DNA of 64,000 nt, taken from a virus. Numbering within the stretch: the first letter of the stretch is position 1; every line of letters begins with the position of its first letter. The translations under genes were made by a program, and so were the position numbers. This document shows positions 10,659 to 20,003 of the stretch, piece by piece. The stretch spans positions 74,863-138,862 of IMG/VR virus record IMGVR_UViG_3300035703_000021, one strand, 5' to 3'. The notes below the pieces were generated by a model. That model searched no databases and was not told where the DNA came from. It saw nothing but the letters and a program-made list of their open reading frames with translations.

Positions 10659-13600
10659 TCACTGCTCCTCCCAGGTAAGGGAGTTTACAACTGAGAGTTG
10701 GGTTGAAGGTTCCGTACTTGACGAAGTTGACTCCCACATCGCGTAAGCGCAGAGGATATCCACCTCATTAGTAAGAGGATAGGAGATATATTCCTTATTA
10801 TACGCGAAGTAGTCAGCCAGATCAAATTGAGCGCCTCCCTCATTACAGTACAAGGAGAAGATCGTGTTTCCTGTCCCCGCTACTGGCGCCAGTTGGAAGT
10901 CCTGCGAAACGGAAGCTCCGGAGAGCTGGGCGATGGACTCAAAAGTTCCAATGATGTCCGACTCGTTCCACTTCTTCTGATCCTCGTATTTAGAGTGCGT
11001 AAAATCTCCTGAGAACTGCGTGATACTTCCCTGAGTGTTAAAATTGTACATTTTTACAGGAAGAAGTCCGCCAAAAACAGTGAAAGGTTCGTTTTTTGCC
11101 TCGTAATTCTGGATCCAGTAATCGGACCCCTTGCGGAAAAGTCTGACAAGCACGGCGCTCTCAGACACTCCCGGCGAGGCTGGGAATCCGCCAGGGGGAA
11201 TGGATCCCGTCGCGATGCCTCTCATATAGCAGTGAATGTACGCGCCATCGAAGGACAGAAGACTCTGTAGACTTGTAAAGTCGGGAGCAGAGATATTAGC
11301 TCCCGTGCCAGAGGCAAAGATCTTCCTAGGTACAGTTCCTGATCCCAGGTTAAATCCATTTGAGGTATTAGTGCTAGAACTATAAAGTGAGATGGGGTAA
11401 CTCTGGTTTAGCGAGGAGTTATTTAAGTTGTTGGTAATGAGTAGCGGATTTTTGATGAAGTTAATGGTAAGGATATTGCTATCGGATGATGGGTCAGTCA
11501 CCCCGATCCCGTACTTAATCGGATAGAGCTGTATTCTGTTTCTGATGCCAACTCCTGCTCCGTTACTAACCTCGTCCTTAGCTCTTAGAGCAATCATAGC
11601 TCGCTGGCGACGTGGGACGATTAACTCTATGTCAGTACCCACCCCAAAAGCGGTTACGGCTTTATTGAAGTACAGCCTGATTTTATCAGGAGAGTCATTC
11701 TCAACCCAGATAACTCTCATCGTTGTATCCGACTTCAGATACGCCCCTACAAGTTGATCTTTTTGCGCTTGAGGAACAGCCTCTGAGGTATCAACGCTAA
11801 AGTAATTCGAGGTTGAAACTCCGGAGACTTCGGCTCTGATTCCACTATACGCAACGCTCTTGGAGTAATCGGAAGACTTGGAAAGTAGTTTCACGGTTCC
11901 CTTGTCCCCACCATCGATATAGTAGGAAGCGCCGTACTTGACAAGCTTGCTCTTTCCACTGTCTGGTAGGCCATTGCTCAGGCCCGCGTGAGTCATGTAC
12001 GTGATGGGTAGAGTAGCGTTACCCAGTGAGGCCACATCAAGCTGGTTAGAAGCTCTCATATGGTGCACTCTCACCCACCTTGCTTCTCCGTTGCCTACAG
12101 GAACGTAGCAGAGGAACAGAGCACCGACCGCACCATACCAGGAAAACTCGATCTTCCACATGGTTACCTTGGTGAAGTCGATATCGTACACGGAGGTATC
12201 CGTTAAGATGTTGCCAGCAACATCAATAACAACGGGATCACCCGGGCGCTTGATGCCGGTATCCGCGGGGTCCACGTTAGCCGTAGAGACGTCGCTCCAG
12301 CGGACGGTGTTGGTGAGGCCATTGAGTTGGTCGTTGCTGAACATTGCACGGACAGGCCTCCACTCGTACACCACTCTGTACTGAGGAGGAACACAAATCT
12401 TAAACCACTCTTTGAGGGTTAGATTTTTGCGTCCAACGTCGGAGTTGGCAACGTCGTAGGACGAGACTCTATGCGCGGAAGGGAAGGCCGTGGAGTATTC
12501 TCCGTTCTGCACTTGGGTGCTTCCCTGAACCGATACGAGTAGATTCCACACTTTAACAGCACTATCGGTGGCGTTAGGAGCGGTATCGTATCCGAATCTC
12601 GCGTTGGAGGTGTCTACGTTCAGGATGTTCAAACCCTCTTCTGTAGTAGTTGTTCCGATCTGGTCTGTAAATCCAACCCCACCTCCTCTGCTCAGATTGG
12701 TGACAATGTCCTCCCAGCGGCAGTGGGCGTCTAGACGAATATAATTCGTATTAGGCTTCATATAGTCCTGTTTGCTGTAGCCTCTATACTCATCGCTATC
12801 TTTACTAATATCTTTTTGATCAAAGGGAAACTGAAACTTCCTACCGGAGAAGTGCTCCACAAATGCACCAGCGGCGTCGCGATAAGCTAGCCTCACAGCG
12901 TAGCCTTCGTTGTAATTGTAATCTGACAGCGTGTTGGGAGCCGCTTCGATGGCCCTAACGTCCGCCGGAGCGTAGCAAAGACTAGGATCGTGAATCGCCG
13001 CGGCTACGTAGCACAAGCCGTTTCGGTAGATGACCGGATCGACTCCAACGACTCCCCAGTTACCCTCTTTGATATTGGTGCTGCCTGTCGAACCCGTGAT
13101 AGCGTTCCAGCGCTCTGGAGTCGTCTCCACTCCGGTGGGCTGGGTGTAAGTCAGAGCCTGCGTGCGGCGAACGCACCTAAAGTCGTTACTATCTCCACCG
13201 TTTACCATCTCGAAGTAGTAGCCATCGTACTTGTCGAAAATGCCCCACTTCTTGATGGTAGGGGCGCCTTTCATAGTGTTACGAGCCGGGGTGGCGGCCT
13301 CGTAGGTGGACTTGGTGCGGTTCATCTTTACACCCATGGTCGAGGATGACACACGACCAGGTTGGTATCTGAAGAACCTCTTCGAGGTCAGCACGGCGGT
13401 TCTTCCTGTGGAGGCCACTACCTCCGCCCCAGCTTCCTCCGCGAGGTGGTTCACTCCGGTGCCAGTGTCCGGGTCGTTCTCCAGAGGAACCTGAGACCAC
13501 TCGGATGGGTTGACGTCGTACGTGTTAACGTCAGCAAAAATGCCCAAAGCCACTTCGGCTCTAGGGATTCCGAGCAAGCTAAGAGCGACCTCGGACTGAA

Positions 13601-13730
13601 TCTTGTTCTGCTCCTCCACGGGGATAGGAGGCTGGTCCTCAGCGAATACTACTGGGAGGGAGTTAACCGCCTTCTGCTGACCTAGGGGTACCGGGGCGGT
13701 TTTGCCGATGATAGTCTGTTTGTTAGCCAT
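10659..13730 (-). CDS. Large virion structural protein, RYQPGR family (1023 aa)
   Basis: FRYQPGR, MWKIEFSWYGAVGA, KYGASYYIDG motifs; ends LTWEEQ versus LNYSEQ in the paralogue. Confidence 0.65.
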   Translation of the reverse strand: MANKQTIIGKTAPVPLGQQKAVNSLPVVFAEDQPPIPVEEQNKIQSEVALSLLGIPRAEVALGIFADVNTYDVNPSEWSQVPLENDPDTGTGVNHLAEEAGAEVVASTGRTAVLTSKRFFRYQPGRVSSSTMGVKMNRTKSTYEAATPARNTMKGAPTIKKWGIFDKYDGYYFEMVNGGDSNDFRCVRRTQALTYTQPTGVETTPERWNAITGSTGSTNIKEGNWGVVGVDPVIYRNGLCYVAAAIHDPSLCYAPADVRAIEAAPNTLSDYNYNEGYAVRLAYRDAAGAFVEHFSGRKFQFPFDQKDISKDSDEYRGYSKQDYMKPNTNYIRLDAHCRWEDIVTNLSRGGGVGFTDQIGTTTTEEGLNILNVDTSNARFGYDTAPNATDSAVKVWNLLVSVQGSTQVQNGEYSTAFPSAHRVSSYDVANSDVGRKNLTLKEWFKICVPPQYRVVYEWRPVRAMFSNDQLNGLTNTVRWSDVSTANVDPADTGIKRPGDPVVIDVAGNILTDTSVYDIDFTKVTMWKIEFSWYGAVGALFLCYVPVGNGEARWVRVHHMRASNQLDVASLGNATLPITYMTHAGLSNGLPDSGKSKLVKYGASYYIDGGDKGTVKLLSKSSDYSKSVAYSGIRAEVSGVSTSNYFSVDTSEAVPQAQKDQLVGAYLKSDTTMRVIWVENDSPDKIRLYFNKAVTAFGVGTDIELIVPRRQRAMIALRAKDEVSNGAGVGIRNRIQLYPIKYGIGVTDPSSDSNILTINFIKNPLLITNNLNNSSLNQSYPISLYSSSTNTSNGFNLGSGTVPRKIFASGTGANISAPDFTSLQSLLSFDGAYIHCYMRGIATGSIPPGGFPASPGVSESAVLVRLFRKGSDYWIQNYEAKNEPFTVFGGLLPVKMYNFNTQGSITQFSGDFTHSKYEDQKKWNESDIIGTFESIAQLSGASVSQDFQLAPVAGTGNTIFSLYCNEGGAQFDLADYFAYNKEYISYPLTNEVDILCAYAMWESTSSSTEPSTQLSVVNSLTWEEQ

Positions 13731-13739
13731 AGTGGGAGA

Positions 13740-16010
13740 TTAGAATGTGTGAACAAAGAGATTTCCGTCGGCGATGAAGTAGTTCGGACGGAGGATGGAG
13801 AGGCTGCCGCCAAGAAACTCGACGGTGTCTGTCAGTGTAAGGCCAGATATAGTATTTAGAAGGATCGAGTTGGTTCCGACGTCCAGTCCCACAATGGGAT
13901 ACGCGTTGTTCTGATTCCACCCCGCCAGGTTAGTGTTCGAGAACCCACTGATGATGAGTCTATCACTCTGGGAAACGTTGCTCTCACCGTAGATCTGAAA
14001 GCCAAGGATATCGCTGGAATTGCGAAGTCTGATGGCCACATACTGGCTGGTGCCGATGGTGACCTGACGGATAGACAGCGGGCGAAAATCACCGATTAGC
14101 ACGTTCCCTTTAACCTCGTACATGTAACCGTTTGGATTGTCCAGATTACCAGTGGCCAGCACGATCTTGCCACCCACGCTCAGATTGGCTGTTCCTCCGG
14201 GTAGAGTAAGGGAGAAGATACCAGCTTCCAGCTGATCAGCTGTCTGCAGCACTCTGAAAGAACCTGCCGCTGTTCCGGTTTTCACGCCCTCGGCGTTAAG
14301 CCCGTATATGAAGGCTTCTACGCTATCTTTAGAGATACCAACTGACTCCCCGCCGTAGGTCACGGTCATGTAGATGGGGTCTAAGGAGTATCCCTTTCTG
14401 ACCTCGATGGTCGCCCTACTGTACTCGTTGTTGTACGTATCGATCGAGCGGATGATGGAGTCATTGTCGCTGTACGCCAGGTTGCCCTGTGCGTTCCACT
14501 GGCTCGAGGTCTCCAGCACAAGCCCGCGATCACCACAACCTCGGATAATGTTGCTGTTGATAGTGCTGTACTCCGTGCTGATGATCTGAGGCCCTGTAGT
14601 AGCAAACTCCATCAGGTTGCCCTGGGCGATGACGCTCTCGCTGGTATCTACCAGAAGCGGAGACACCGCCTGCTCGTAGGATCTGCCCGTTCTAACAATC
14701 TTATTATTGAGAAGGCTTATGCCCTTGGAGTTGTAGATCGCGACTCCACCTCCACCATTATCGACTACCGTGCAGTCTGACACAACCACGTCATCGGCAT
14801 TGCGAACCAGAAGAGTTACCTCCGAAGTCACAGGGGAAGTCAGAGAGAACGACTCGTTGCGATTGCCATCGAGTGCAACCGATCTGATTCTCAGGCCAGA
14901 GATTCTGGGCGTCACCGATTGGCCCGTGAAGTTGATGAGTCCTGAGGCCGAAGGGTTCGCCAGAGTGGACGGAAGTCTGCGAAGTACGGACCCTCCACCG
15001 ACTCCTCTAATGGAGATGTTGGAGTAGTCGATCTCTGCAGTGTTACTAAAGGAACTGTCCCTCATATTATACACGCCAGCGGGCAAGAACACCTCCTTGA
15101 TCTGGCTTGCTGAAGCTAGGTTGATGGCCTGACGGATATACTTGGTGTCGTCGATGGTAAATCTCACGGTGTTCCCGATCGCCATCGAGCTGCTGGGTGA
15201 GAGGTTTTTGCACTGAATATACGCTTGCTGTGTCCCCTCGGCGATCGGAAGGATCTCCAAAGTCTCCTTCGACGTCATCTTCTTCACCAGAGCTACCTCT
15301 CCGGCTCCTGTAGCGAACAGGTCGGACATGTACGAGGGAACTTGCGCTTCCAGCTCCCACGCCGGAATCTCAGTGGGGCCCAAGTCCCTGAATATGAGCG
15401 CTCCTGCTCCGGGGTAACCGATCTTGTTGTTTCCGATCACGCCGAGAAACTCCACCCTGTTGCCCCAGACCCTGTAGATGATCGGAAGCACGTACTGAGA
15501 AGTCCTGGAAAAGCTCAGTTGGACGTACTGCTCCGTGTTCCAGAGATCCGGATTGAGAATCTTCGACCCTACGTTGGCGTTTGGTCTGACAATGTAGGAG
15601 TTGCGGTAGCTTGGAATCACACCTTTGCTCGCGTTGTACCCGAACACGTAGTACGTCAGAGGAGCGAGATTGGCATTGGTAACGGTGGAGGTGGAGAAGT
15701 CAACATTTCCAGCTACCACGTGGCCTGTCACGGTAAGATTTGCCGTTTCAGGCAGAACGTTAGTGCTGTAGCTAAATGCCTGGATCTCTACTCCCCCTTT
15801 GAGGATATCTAGGTACTGAAACAAGGTACCTCCAGAGCCGTCCGTTATGTTGCTGATAGTGACCGTATCCCCACTTATGTTGGATACGGTACCAGTAAAC
15901 TCGAGTTCTCCACGCCCAGACGCTCCGATATTTCTCGCGTTGATATACGCGTTTCTATCCTCCGGGACTTGTACAATGACCTCTGAGGTCAGTTGTGGAA
16001 TGTAGCGCAT
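13740..16010 (-). CDS. Tailspike-like protein with right-handed beta-helix (pectate-lyase-like) domain
   Basis: 'DDTKYIRQAINLA...EVFLPAGVY...ISIRGVG' beta-helix cap, followed by N-rich coils (LLNNKI, AQGNL, INSNII). Confidence 0.75.
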   Translation of the reverse strand: MRYIPQLTSEVIVQVPEDRNAYINARNIGASGRGELEFTGTVSNISGDTVTISNITDGSGGTLFQYLDILKGGVEIQAFSYSTNVLPETANLTVTGHVVAGNVDFSTSTVTNANLAPLTYYVFGYNASKGVIPSYRNSYIVRPNANVGSKILNPDLWNTEQYVQLSFSRTSQYVLPIIYRVWGNRVEFLGVIGNNKIGYPGAGALIFRDLGPTEIPAWELEAQVPSYMSDLFATGAGEVALVKKMTSKETLEILPIAEGTQQAYIQCKNLSPSSSMAIGNTVRFTIDDTKYIRQAINLASASQIKEVFLPAGVYNMRDSSFSNTAEIDYSNISIRGVGGGSVLRRLPSTLANPSASGLINFTGQSVTPRISGLRIRSVALDGNRNESFSLTSPVTSEVTLLVRNADDVVVSDCTVVDNGGGGVAIYNSKGISLLNNKIVRTGRSYEQAVSPLLVDTSESVIAQGNLMEFATTGPQIISTEYSTINSNIIRGCGDRGLVLETSSQWNAQGNLAYSDNDSIIRSIDTYNNEYSRATIEVRKGYSLDPIYMTVTYGGESVGISKDSVEAFIYGLNAEGVKTGTAAGSFRVLQTADQLEAGIFSLTLPGGTANLSVGGKIVLATGNLDNPNGYMYEVKGNVLIGDFRPLSIRQVTIGTSQYVAIRLRNSSDILGFQIYGESNVSQSDRLIISGFSNTNLAGWNQNNAYPIVGLDVGTNSILLNTISGLTLTDTVEFLGGSLSILRPNYFIADGNLFVHTF

Positions 16011-16027
16011 TTGTTTTAACCTCTTTT

Positions 16028-16210
16028 CTAGCTTTCAACAAAAAATCTTCCGAGGAGCGGGTGGGAGTCAAGTCCCGACTCGCGGATCTCTTCCAGAGAT
16101 TTTTTGTACTCAGCCTCTAGACCCTCGGAGTTTTTAAGAGCGTTGAGTTTATCCTCGATCTGGTGGGGATCCGGGTACTTGCCGTCGATCCTGTATATAT
16201 CAGATATCAT
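16028..16210 (-). CDS. Hypothetical protein (60 aa)
   Basis: Overlaps the upstream stop; operon-packed. Confidence 0.5.
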   Translation of the reverse strand: MISDIYRIDGKYPDPHQIEDKLNALKNSEGLEAEYKKSLEEIRESGLDSHPLLGRFFVES

Positions 16211-16595
16211 AAGTGGTCAACGGGGTGTGCAGAGTGTACGAGAGTAGAGCGTCAAGGGAGTTGACGGCGGAGCTATCGTGCCAGACGTAGAGTTTATCAC
16301 CCTCCTTAAGAGTGATCTTGTTCCCGCTGATAATATCATAGGAGATATTAGGAGGAAGATTAAGACCGTTGAGGATGTAAGCGGTGGTGGAACCGTTGGT
16401 TACTTTTGCGAAAACACCGATATTAGAGGCCGTTTTATTGCAGACCAGAAGTGAAGTCACCAGAGCGAATCGCTTCTGGTAGTCGTATTGCACACCGGCT
16501 GTAACAGGCACATCGATCATAAGCCCGGCGGTAGCTCCCTCAACGTTTGTAGGGGAGGCTAGTTTGTTTGTGGAAACGTTAGAGGGGAGAAACAT
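16200..16595 (-). CDS. Small beta-sandwich virion protein (putative fibre adaptor, paralogue 1)
   Basis: ATG at 16595 (MFLPSNV) follows the upstream stop; SLLVCNKT and KITLKEGDKLYV motifs shared with 27515-27847. Confidence 0.6.
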   Translation of the reverse strand: MFLPSNVSTNKLASPTNVEGATAGLMIDVPVTAGVQYDYQKRFALVTSLLVCNKTASNIGVFAKVTNGSTTAYILNGLNLPPNISYDIISGNKITLKEGDKLYVWHDSSAVNSLDALLSYTLHTPLTTYDI

Positions 16596-16602
16596 AGCTC
16601 GA

Positions 16603-16911
16603 TTAGCTCCAAAGGATAGAGTTAATAAATTGTGAGGCGTGAAGGCCAATAATGTCAGCCCGGCGAATTACCGAGTAGGCTGTGATGGGTTCGGATTCGA
16701 CCTCCACAGCGTTACGCCCGAGAACGAGAGGTACCTCGGTGCCAAATCCGTCCTGGATACGCCCCTGGTTTCTAAGAGTTAGATTACCCGTGCGCCGAGC
16801 AGGAATGAAGGAGATAGCTACACCATCAGTATCCGGCGAACCGGTTACGTTAGTGAGAATAACGTTGTTAAACGTTTTTGATATTTCAAAATCTTTGATG
16901 TTGAGCGCCAT
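16603..16911 (-). CDS. Small virion protein with hydrophobic C-terminus
   Basis: ATG start, preceded by GTTTAAAG motif; ends FINSILWS. Confidence 0.6.
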   Translation of the reverse strand: MALNIKDFEISKTFNNVILTNVTGSPDTDGVAISFIPARRTGNLTLRNQGRIQDGFGTEVPLVLGRNAVEVESEPITAYSVIRRADIIGLHASQFINSILWS

Positions 16912-16983
16912 CAGGTAATAAACCTCAGATTTCTAGTTTATAGGTCTTAGTAACTTTAAACAAATCCTCAGGAGATGTAAACA

Positions 16984-17145
16984 ATGGGTAAGAAAGAACT
17001 AGCGACTTTAGTCGATGCCTACGCTGACGCTAAAGCGTCCGGAAATAAGCACCTTATCCAGAGCATGATCGCCCAGCTCGAGGCCGCTCTGGACGAGATC
17101 TTCGGTAAGGAGCCTGATGTCGAAGCCGAGACCGACGAGGATTGA
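16984..17145 (+). CDS. Small hypothetical protein (53 aa, MGKKELATLVDAYADAKASGN...)
   Basis: Not in ORF track; AGGAG upstream, ATG 16984, TGA 17143-17145; amphipathic helix plus acidic tail. Confidence 0.65.
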   Translation: MGKKELATLVDAYADAKASGNKHLIQSMIAQLEAALDEIFGKEPDVEAETDED

Positions 17146-17166
17146 AGCTAACGGAATCCTCCACAG

Positions 17167-17526
17167 ATGAAGATCACAAGGCTTAGAGGCGGTAACTCCC
17201 AGTTCCCCGACGAGAAGGAGATCGGAGACGTAGTGCTGTTCGCGCTGGGAGATGTATTCTGCTGGGATGGCGGGATGTGGCAGCTCGTGGGAGGAAGATT
17301 TGTCCCAGTGGCGATGAGAGAGAGTTTTATCTCCTACGTTTCCAATGGGTGGCCGAGTGCTAATGACGCACGTTTCGACCTACCGACTCTGCTTGATCTG
17401 TCCGTGTTCACGGACTACGGTCCCTACGACGTTGTCCCTGCGGACAAAAAGATGATCGAGAAGTTCGTCAAGAGAGTCGTAGAGGTCGCTGAGAGGTGCG
17501 AGAGAAATCTCCAAGCTCAGAACTAA
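17167..17526 (+). CDS. Hypothetical protein (119 aa)
   Basis: ATG ORF co-oriented with 16984; followed by a terminator. Confidence 0.6.
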   Translation: MKITRLRGGNSQFPDEKEIGDVVLFALGDVFCWDGGMWQLVGGRFVPVAMRESFISYVSNGWPSANDARFDLPTLLDLSVFTDYGPYDVVPADKKMIEKFVKRVVEVAERCERNLQAQN

Positions 17527-17539
17527 ACGTACTAAAAGA

Positions 17540-17586
17540 GCGACGCTCCATCCGAACAGAGGATGGAAACATCGCCTTTTTTTTTT
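17540..17586 (+). terminator. Intrinsic terminator between convergent genes
   Basis: CCATCC-gaacaga-GGATGG stem with outer GCGA/TCGC pairs, followed by a 10-T run. Confidence 0.65.
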
Positions 17587-17606
17587 GCCGACTTTAGGAA
17601 CAGAGC

Positions 17607-17948
17607 CTACCAGGGAGTACCGGACGCTCTGGACGGAAAGGCTTGCTCGTCGAGTTGGAGCGTGAGCGCCGCCTCAATCTCAGCCACCTTCTCGATGCCT
17701 CCTAGGGCTTCCTGGGTCCACTGCAGGACGAGTTCTGGGGTGAGTTCGTTGTAGGGTACGAAATCCTCAGACTCCGGATCACCCGCGGGTAAGCCAATAG
17801 AGCCGTAGGTGGAGGAGGTTAGAACCGCGCCGCCATCTCCTTCACGCGTAGCGGTAACGATCCAGTGGACGGAGTAGACCTCGCCCGAGGGAAGATTACG
17901 ATCTAGCGAGGCAATACCCCAAGTAAAAGTGTCTTGAGCCGCTGTCAT
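17607..17948 (-). CDS. Conserved phage fibre-associated small protein
   Basis: TFTWGIASLDR...VHW...DFVPYNELTPELVLQW...GTPW pattern typical of small genes beside cyanophage tail fibres. Confidence 0.65.
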   Translation of the reverse strand: MTAAQDTFTWGIASLDRNLPSGEVYSVHWIVTATREGDGGAVLTSSTYGSIGLPAGDPESEDFVPYNELTPELVLQWTQEALGGIEKVAEIEAALTLQLDEQAFPSRASGTPW

Positions 17949-17954
17949 GGTGGA

Positions 17955-18164
17955 TTAAGCGGTAGCTTCGGCGGTCTCAGCGGCCTCGGCACTGAAATCC
18001 CCAGCATCATCTTCGGGGAGTTGAAGGGCCATAGCCTCCACCGCGCCCTGAAGCTTGAGCACGAGGGTCTCGCGTTGAGCCAGAGCCTGGCGAAGTTGAG
18101 CGAGTTCACCCTGGGCTTTTTCCAGCTGGGCGGTGAAATTTTCTTTGAGTTCTTTGGGGTCCAT
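17955..18164 (-). CDS. Small coiled-coil protein
   Basis: Heptad pattern, LKLQGAVEAM; GGAG upstream on minus not evident but TGATATAAT -10 at 18185-18193. Confidence 0.6.
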   Translation of the reverse strand: MDPKELKENFTAQLEKAQGELAQLRQALAQRETLVLKLQGAVEAMALQLPEDDAGDFSAEAAETAEATA

Positions 18165-18222
18165 AGTTTTCTGCGGAGGATACTATTATATCACATAGAT
18201 ACTTAAACCGAGCGAGCAGTTT

Positions 18223-18927
18223 TTAGCGAGAAGCGTCGAAAGCGCAGTGGGACCTGATCCCGTCCGCTAGCACGTAGTGAAAGAACACCTGGTGATAGTA
18301 CGTGGTGGTTGCTTTGTCTCCGAAGTCTCTGGGGTAGGGCATTGGATCCCTCCAGTGGGGTCTCTCGCACCCCTTATACACCATACCATCTCCAGGGGAG
18401 AGAATAACGGACCGATTCTCGCCACGCTTGGCGATAGCGGTCTTCTCCTCGTCCGTGTAGGTGTCGGGTGTTTTGATGTGAATCGGCCACGGATCCTCGA
18501 CATTGGAGCCGATGTGCACCGTCACCGATATCTCGCAGGCGTCACGGTCAGCGTGGCGAGCCAGCGCCTGGCCGGGGAAGTAGAAACGATCGTAGTAGTA
18601 GGTGTTGTAGAGCTTGCGCCCTATCTCCTTCTCGAGTTTTAATCTGATCTCTGAGTGAATGGAGCGGTACTGCGGATGCCAGTAGCAGGCGTGAGATCCC
18701 TCCACTTGCGCCTCGACTTCCGTGTAAGTGTACTGATCGAGTTTCTTCCCCCAGTAGTTGACCTGGCCCCTTCTGTCGGGGACCGGGCGGTGAAGCTCCT
18801 GCGGATCGTATAGATCTTTCAGTACCAGGTAACCGTCGGCATCAAACTGAGGGTTTCGTGTCCAAGACGTCCCCGAGTTCTTTCTCTCCTGCTCGAAGAG
18901 TGCCTCCTCTGTCATGTGCTCTGCCAT
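18223..18927 (-). CDS. 2OG-Fe(II) oxygenase family protein
   Basis: RHADRDACEISVT (HxD), distal His in CERPHWRDP, YHQVFFHYV; start at ATG 18927 coupled to upstream TGA. Confidence 0.8.
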   Translation of the reverse strand: MAEHMTEEALFEQERKNSGTSWTRNPQFDADGYLVLKDLYDPQELHRPVPDRRGQVNYWGKKLDQYTYTEVEAQVEGSHACYWHPQYRSIHSEIRLKLEKEIGRKLYNTYYYDRFYFPGQALARHADRDACEISVTVHIGSNVEDPWPIHIKTPDTYTDEEKTAIAKRGENRSVILSPGDGMVYKGCERPHWRDPMPYPRDFGDKATTTYYHQVFFHYVLADGIRSHCAFDASR

Positions 18928-19547
18928 CACTTCCACCTCGGTCCGACTACCCAACCGACAAGGCTCTTACGTGTCCCTTTTGTGACTTTGACAACGCGAT
19001 GCTGAGTTCGGGAATCGAAGACTACAACTGTTCCGCGCTTTCTGGGAGCGAAGTAGGACTTTCCGTCCTCGGCGAGGAGCTGGAGATTCCCGCCCTCGTA
19101 GTCATCGGGGTCAGAGAGCTGGATGACGAAGGAGAGCTTCCTCACCAACTCCAGTTTCTCGTTGAGGTAGTCCTGCGTTCTGCCCTCGTGGTGGTTACCG
19201 ACGCTTACGGGCTTGTAGTGCCCCGAGATACCGGCGTCATTATGCCAGCCGTAGAACTCACCGACATCGTACTGGGTAAATTGCATGGCCTCCCCATCGA
19301 TGTTCCGTATGTCGTAGAGGAAGTTCTCGCGATTAGCCCTCTCGATGTAGTGCCACGCGAACCCGGCGGTCCAGTGAGTTGTCGGGACCCAGGCGTTCTT
19401 CGAGTTTCTCTTGTCGCGATTCAGAGCGTCTCCCATAAGCTTGGAGTCGCCCATCTGGTCTTGGAAATTCTCCGTGAGGCTTTTTTCGATGCTTTCTACA
19501 ACTTCTTTTGGTATGTCACTAAAATACCAAGTTGACTGATATGCCAT
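18927..19547 (-). CDS. 2OG-Fe(II) oxygenase (PKHD/prolyl-hydroxylase-like)
   Basis: QFTQY..GEFYGWHND, RKLS, YEGG, HRV..VTKGTRKSLVGW. Confidence 0.85.
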   Translation of the reverse strand: MAYQSTWYFSDIPKEVVESIEKSLTENFQDQMGDSKLMGDALNRDKRNSKNAWVPTTHWTAGFAWHYIERANRENFLYDIRNIDGEAMQFTQYDVGEFYGWHNDAGISGHYKPVSVGNHHEGRTQDYLNEKLELVRKLSFVIQLSDPDDYEGGNLQLLAEDGKSYFAPRKRGTVVVFDSRTQHRVVKVTKGTRKSLVGWVVGPRWK

Positions 19548-19574
19548 AGATTCCGCGGTTAGTAGCGTAAACCT

Positions 19575-19583
19575 ATTATACCA
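19575..19583 (-). promoter_or_regulatory. Extended -10 promoter (TGGTATAAT) for the oxygenase pair
   Basis: TGnTATAAT 28 nt upstream of ATG 19547. Confidence 0.55.
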
Positions 19584-19589
19584 TAAGTG

Positions 19590-19988
19590 TTACTGCGCTG
19601 GGGTGGTCATAATCACCCACTCCTGGGAGTCCTCGTTCCACTCGTAGTAGTTTCCGGCGATCCTCTGCTCCTCAGTGAGCTCGGGCTGTGGGGTAGGTGG
19701 ATCCCACTCGAAAGTCTCGGTATTTAGTACCCACGAAGAATAGGGTCGGGGGAATAGAAACACGTCGTGCTCCACGTTATAGACCATTCCTATCCCGGCG
19801 TAGCGATACCTGAAATTGTTGTTATACGACGTCTGGATCCACATCGTCGCGGGGCCATGTACAGATCTAAGGTACTGCACTCCGAGCTCCTCGTTTTCGT
19901 CCCCGTTCTCGTCGAGGATATCCTCGTTTCTCACAACCGAGACACGCATAACAGTGTTGTCGTAGTCGATCTGCGCAAAGTGTGCCAT
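19590..19988 (-). CDS. Conserved phage protein (MAHFA-type), Gly-rich-fibre associated
   Basis: MAHFAQID...WIQTSYN..FR..YAGIG...PRPYSSW..N...W.PP.P motif; GGAGG RBS. Confidence 0.75.
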   Translation of the reverse strand: MAHFAQIDYDNTVMRVSVVRNEDILDENGDENEELGVQYLRSVHGPATMWIQTSYNNNFRYRYAGIGMVYNVEHDVFLFPRPYSSWVLNTETFEWDPPTPQPELTEEQRIAGNYYEWNEDSQEWVIMTTPAQ

Positions 19989-20003
19989 ATAAATTTTACC
20001 TCC

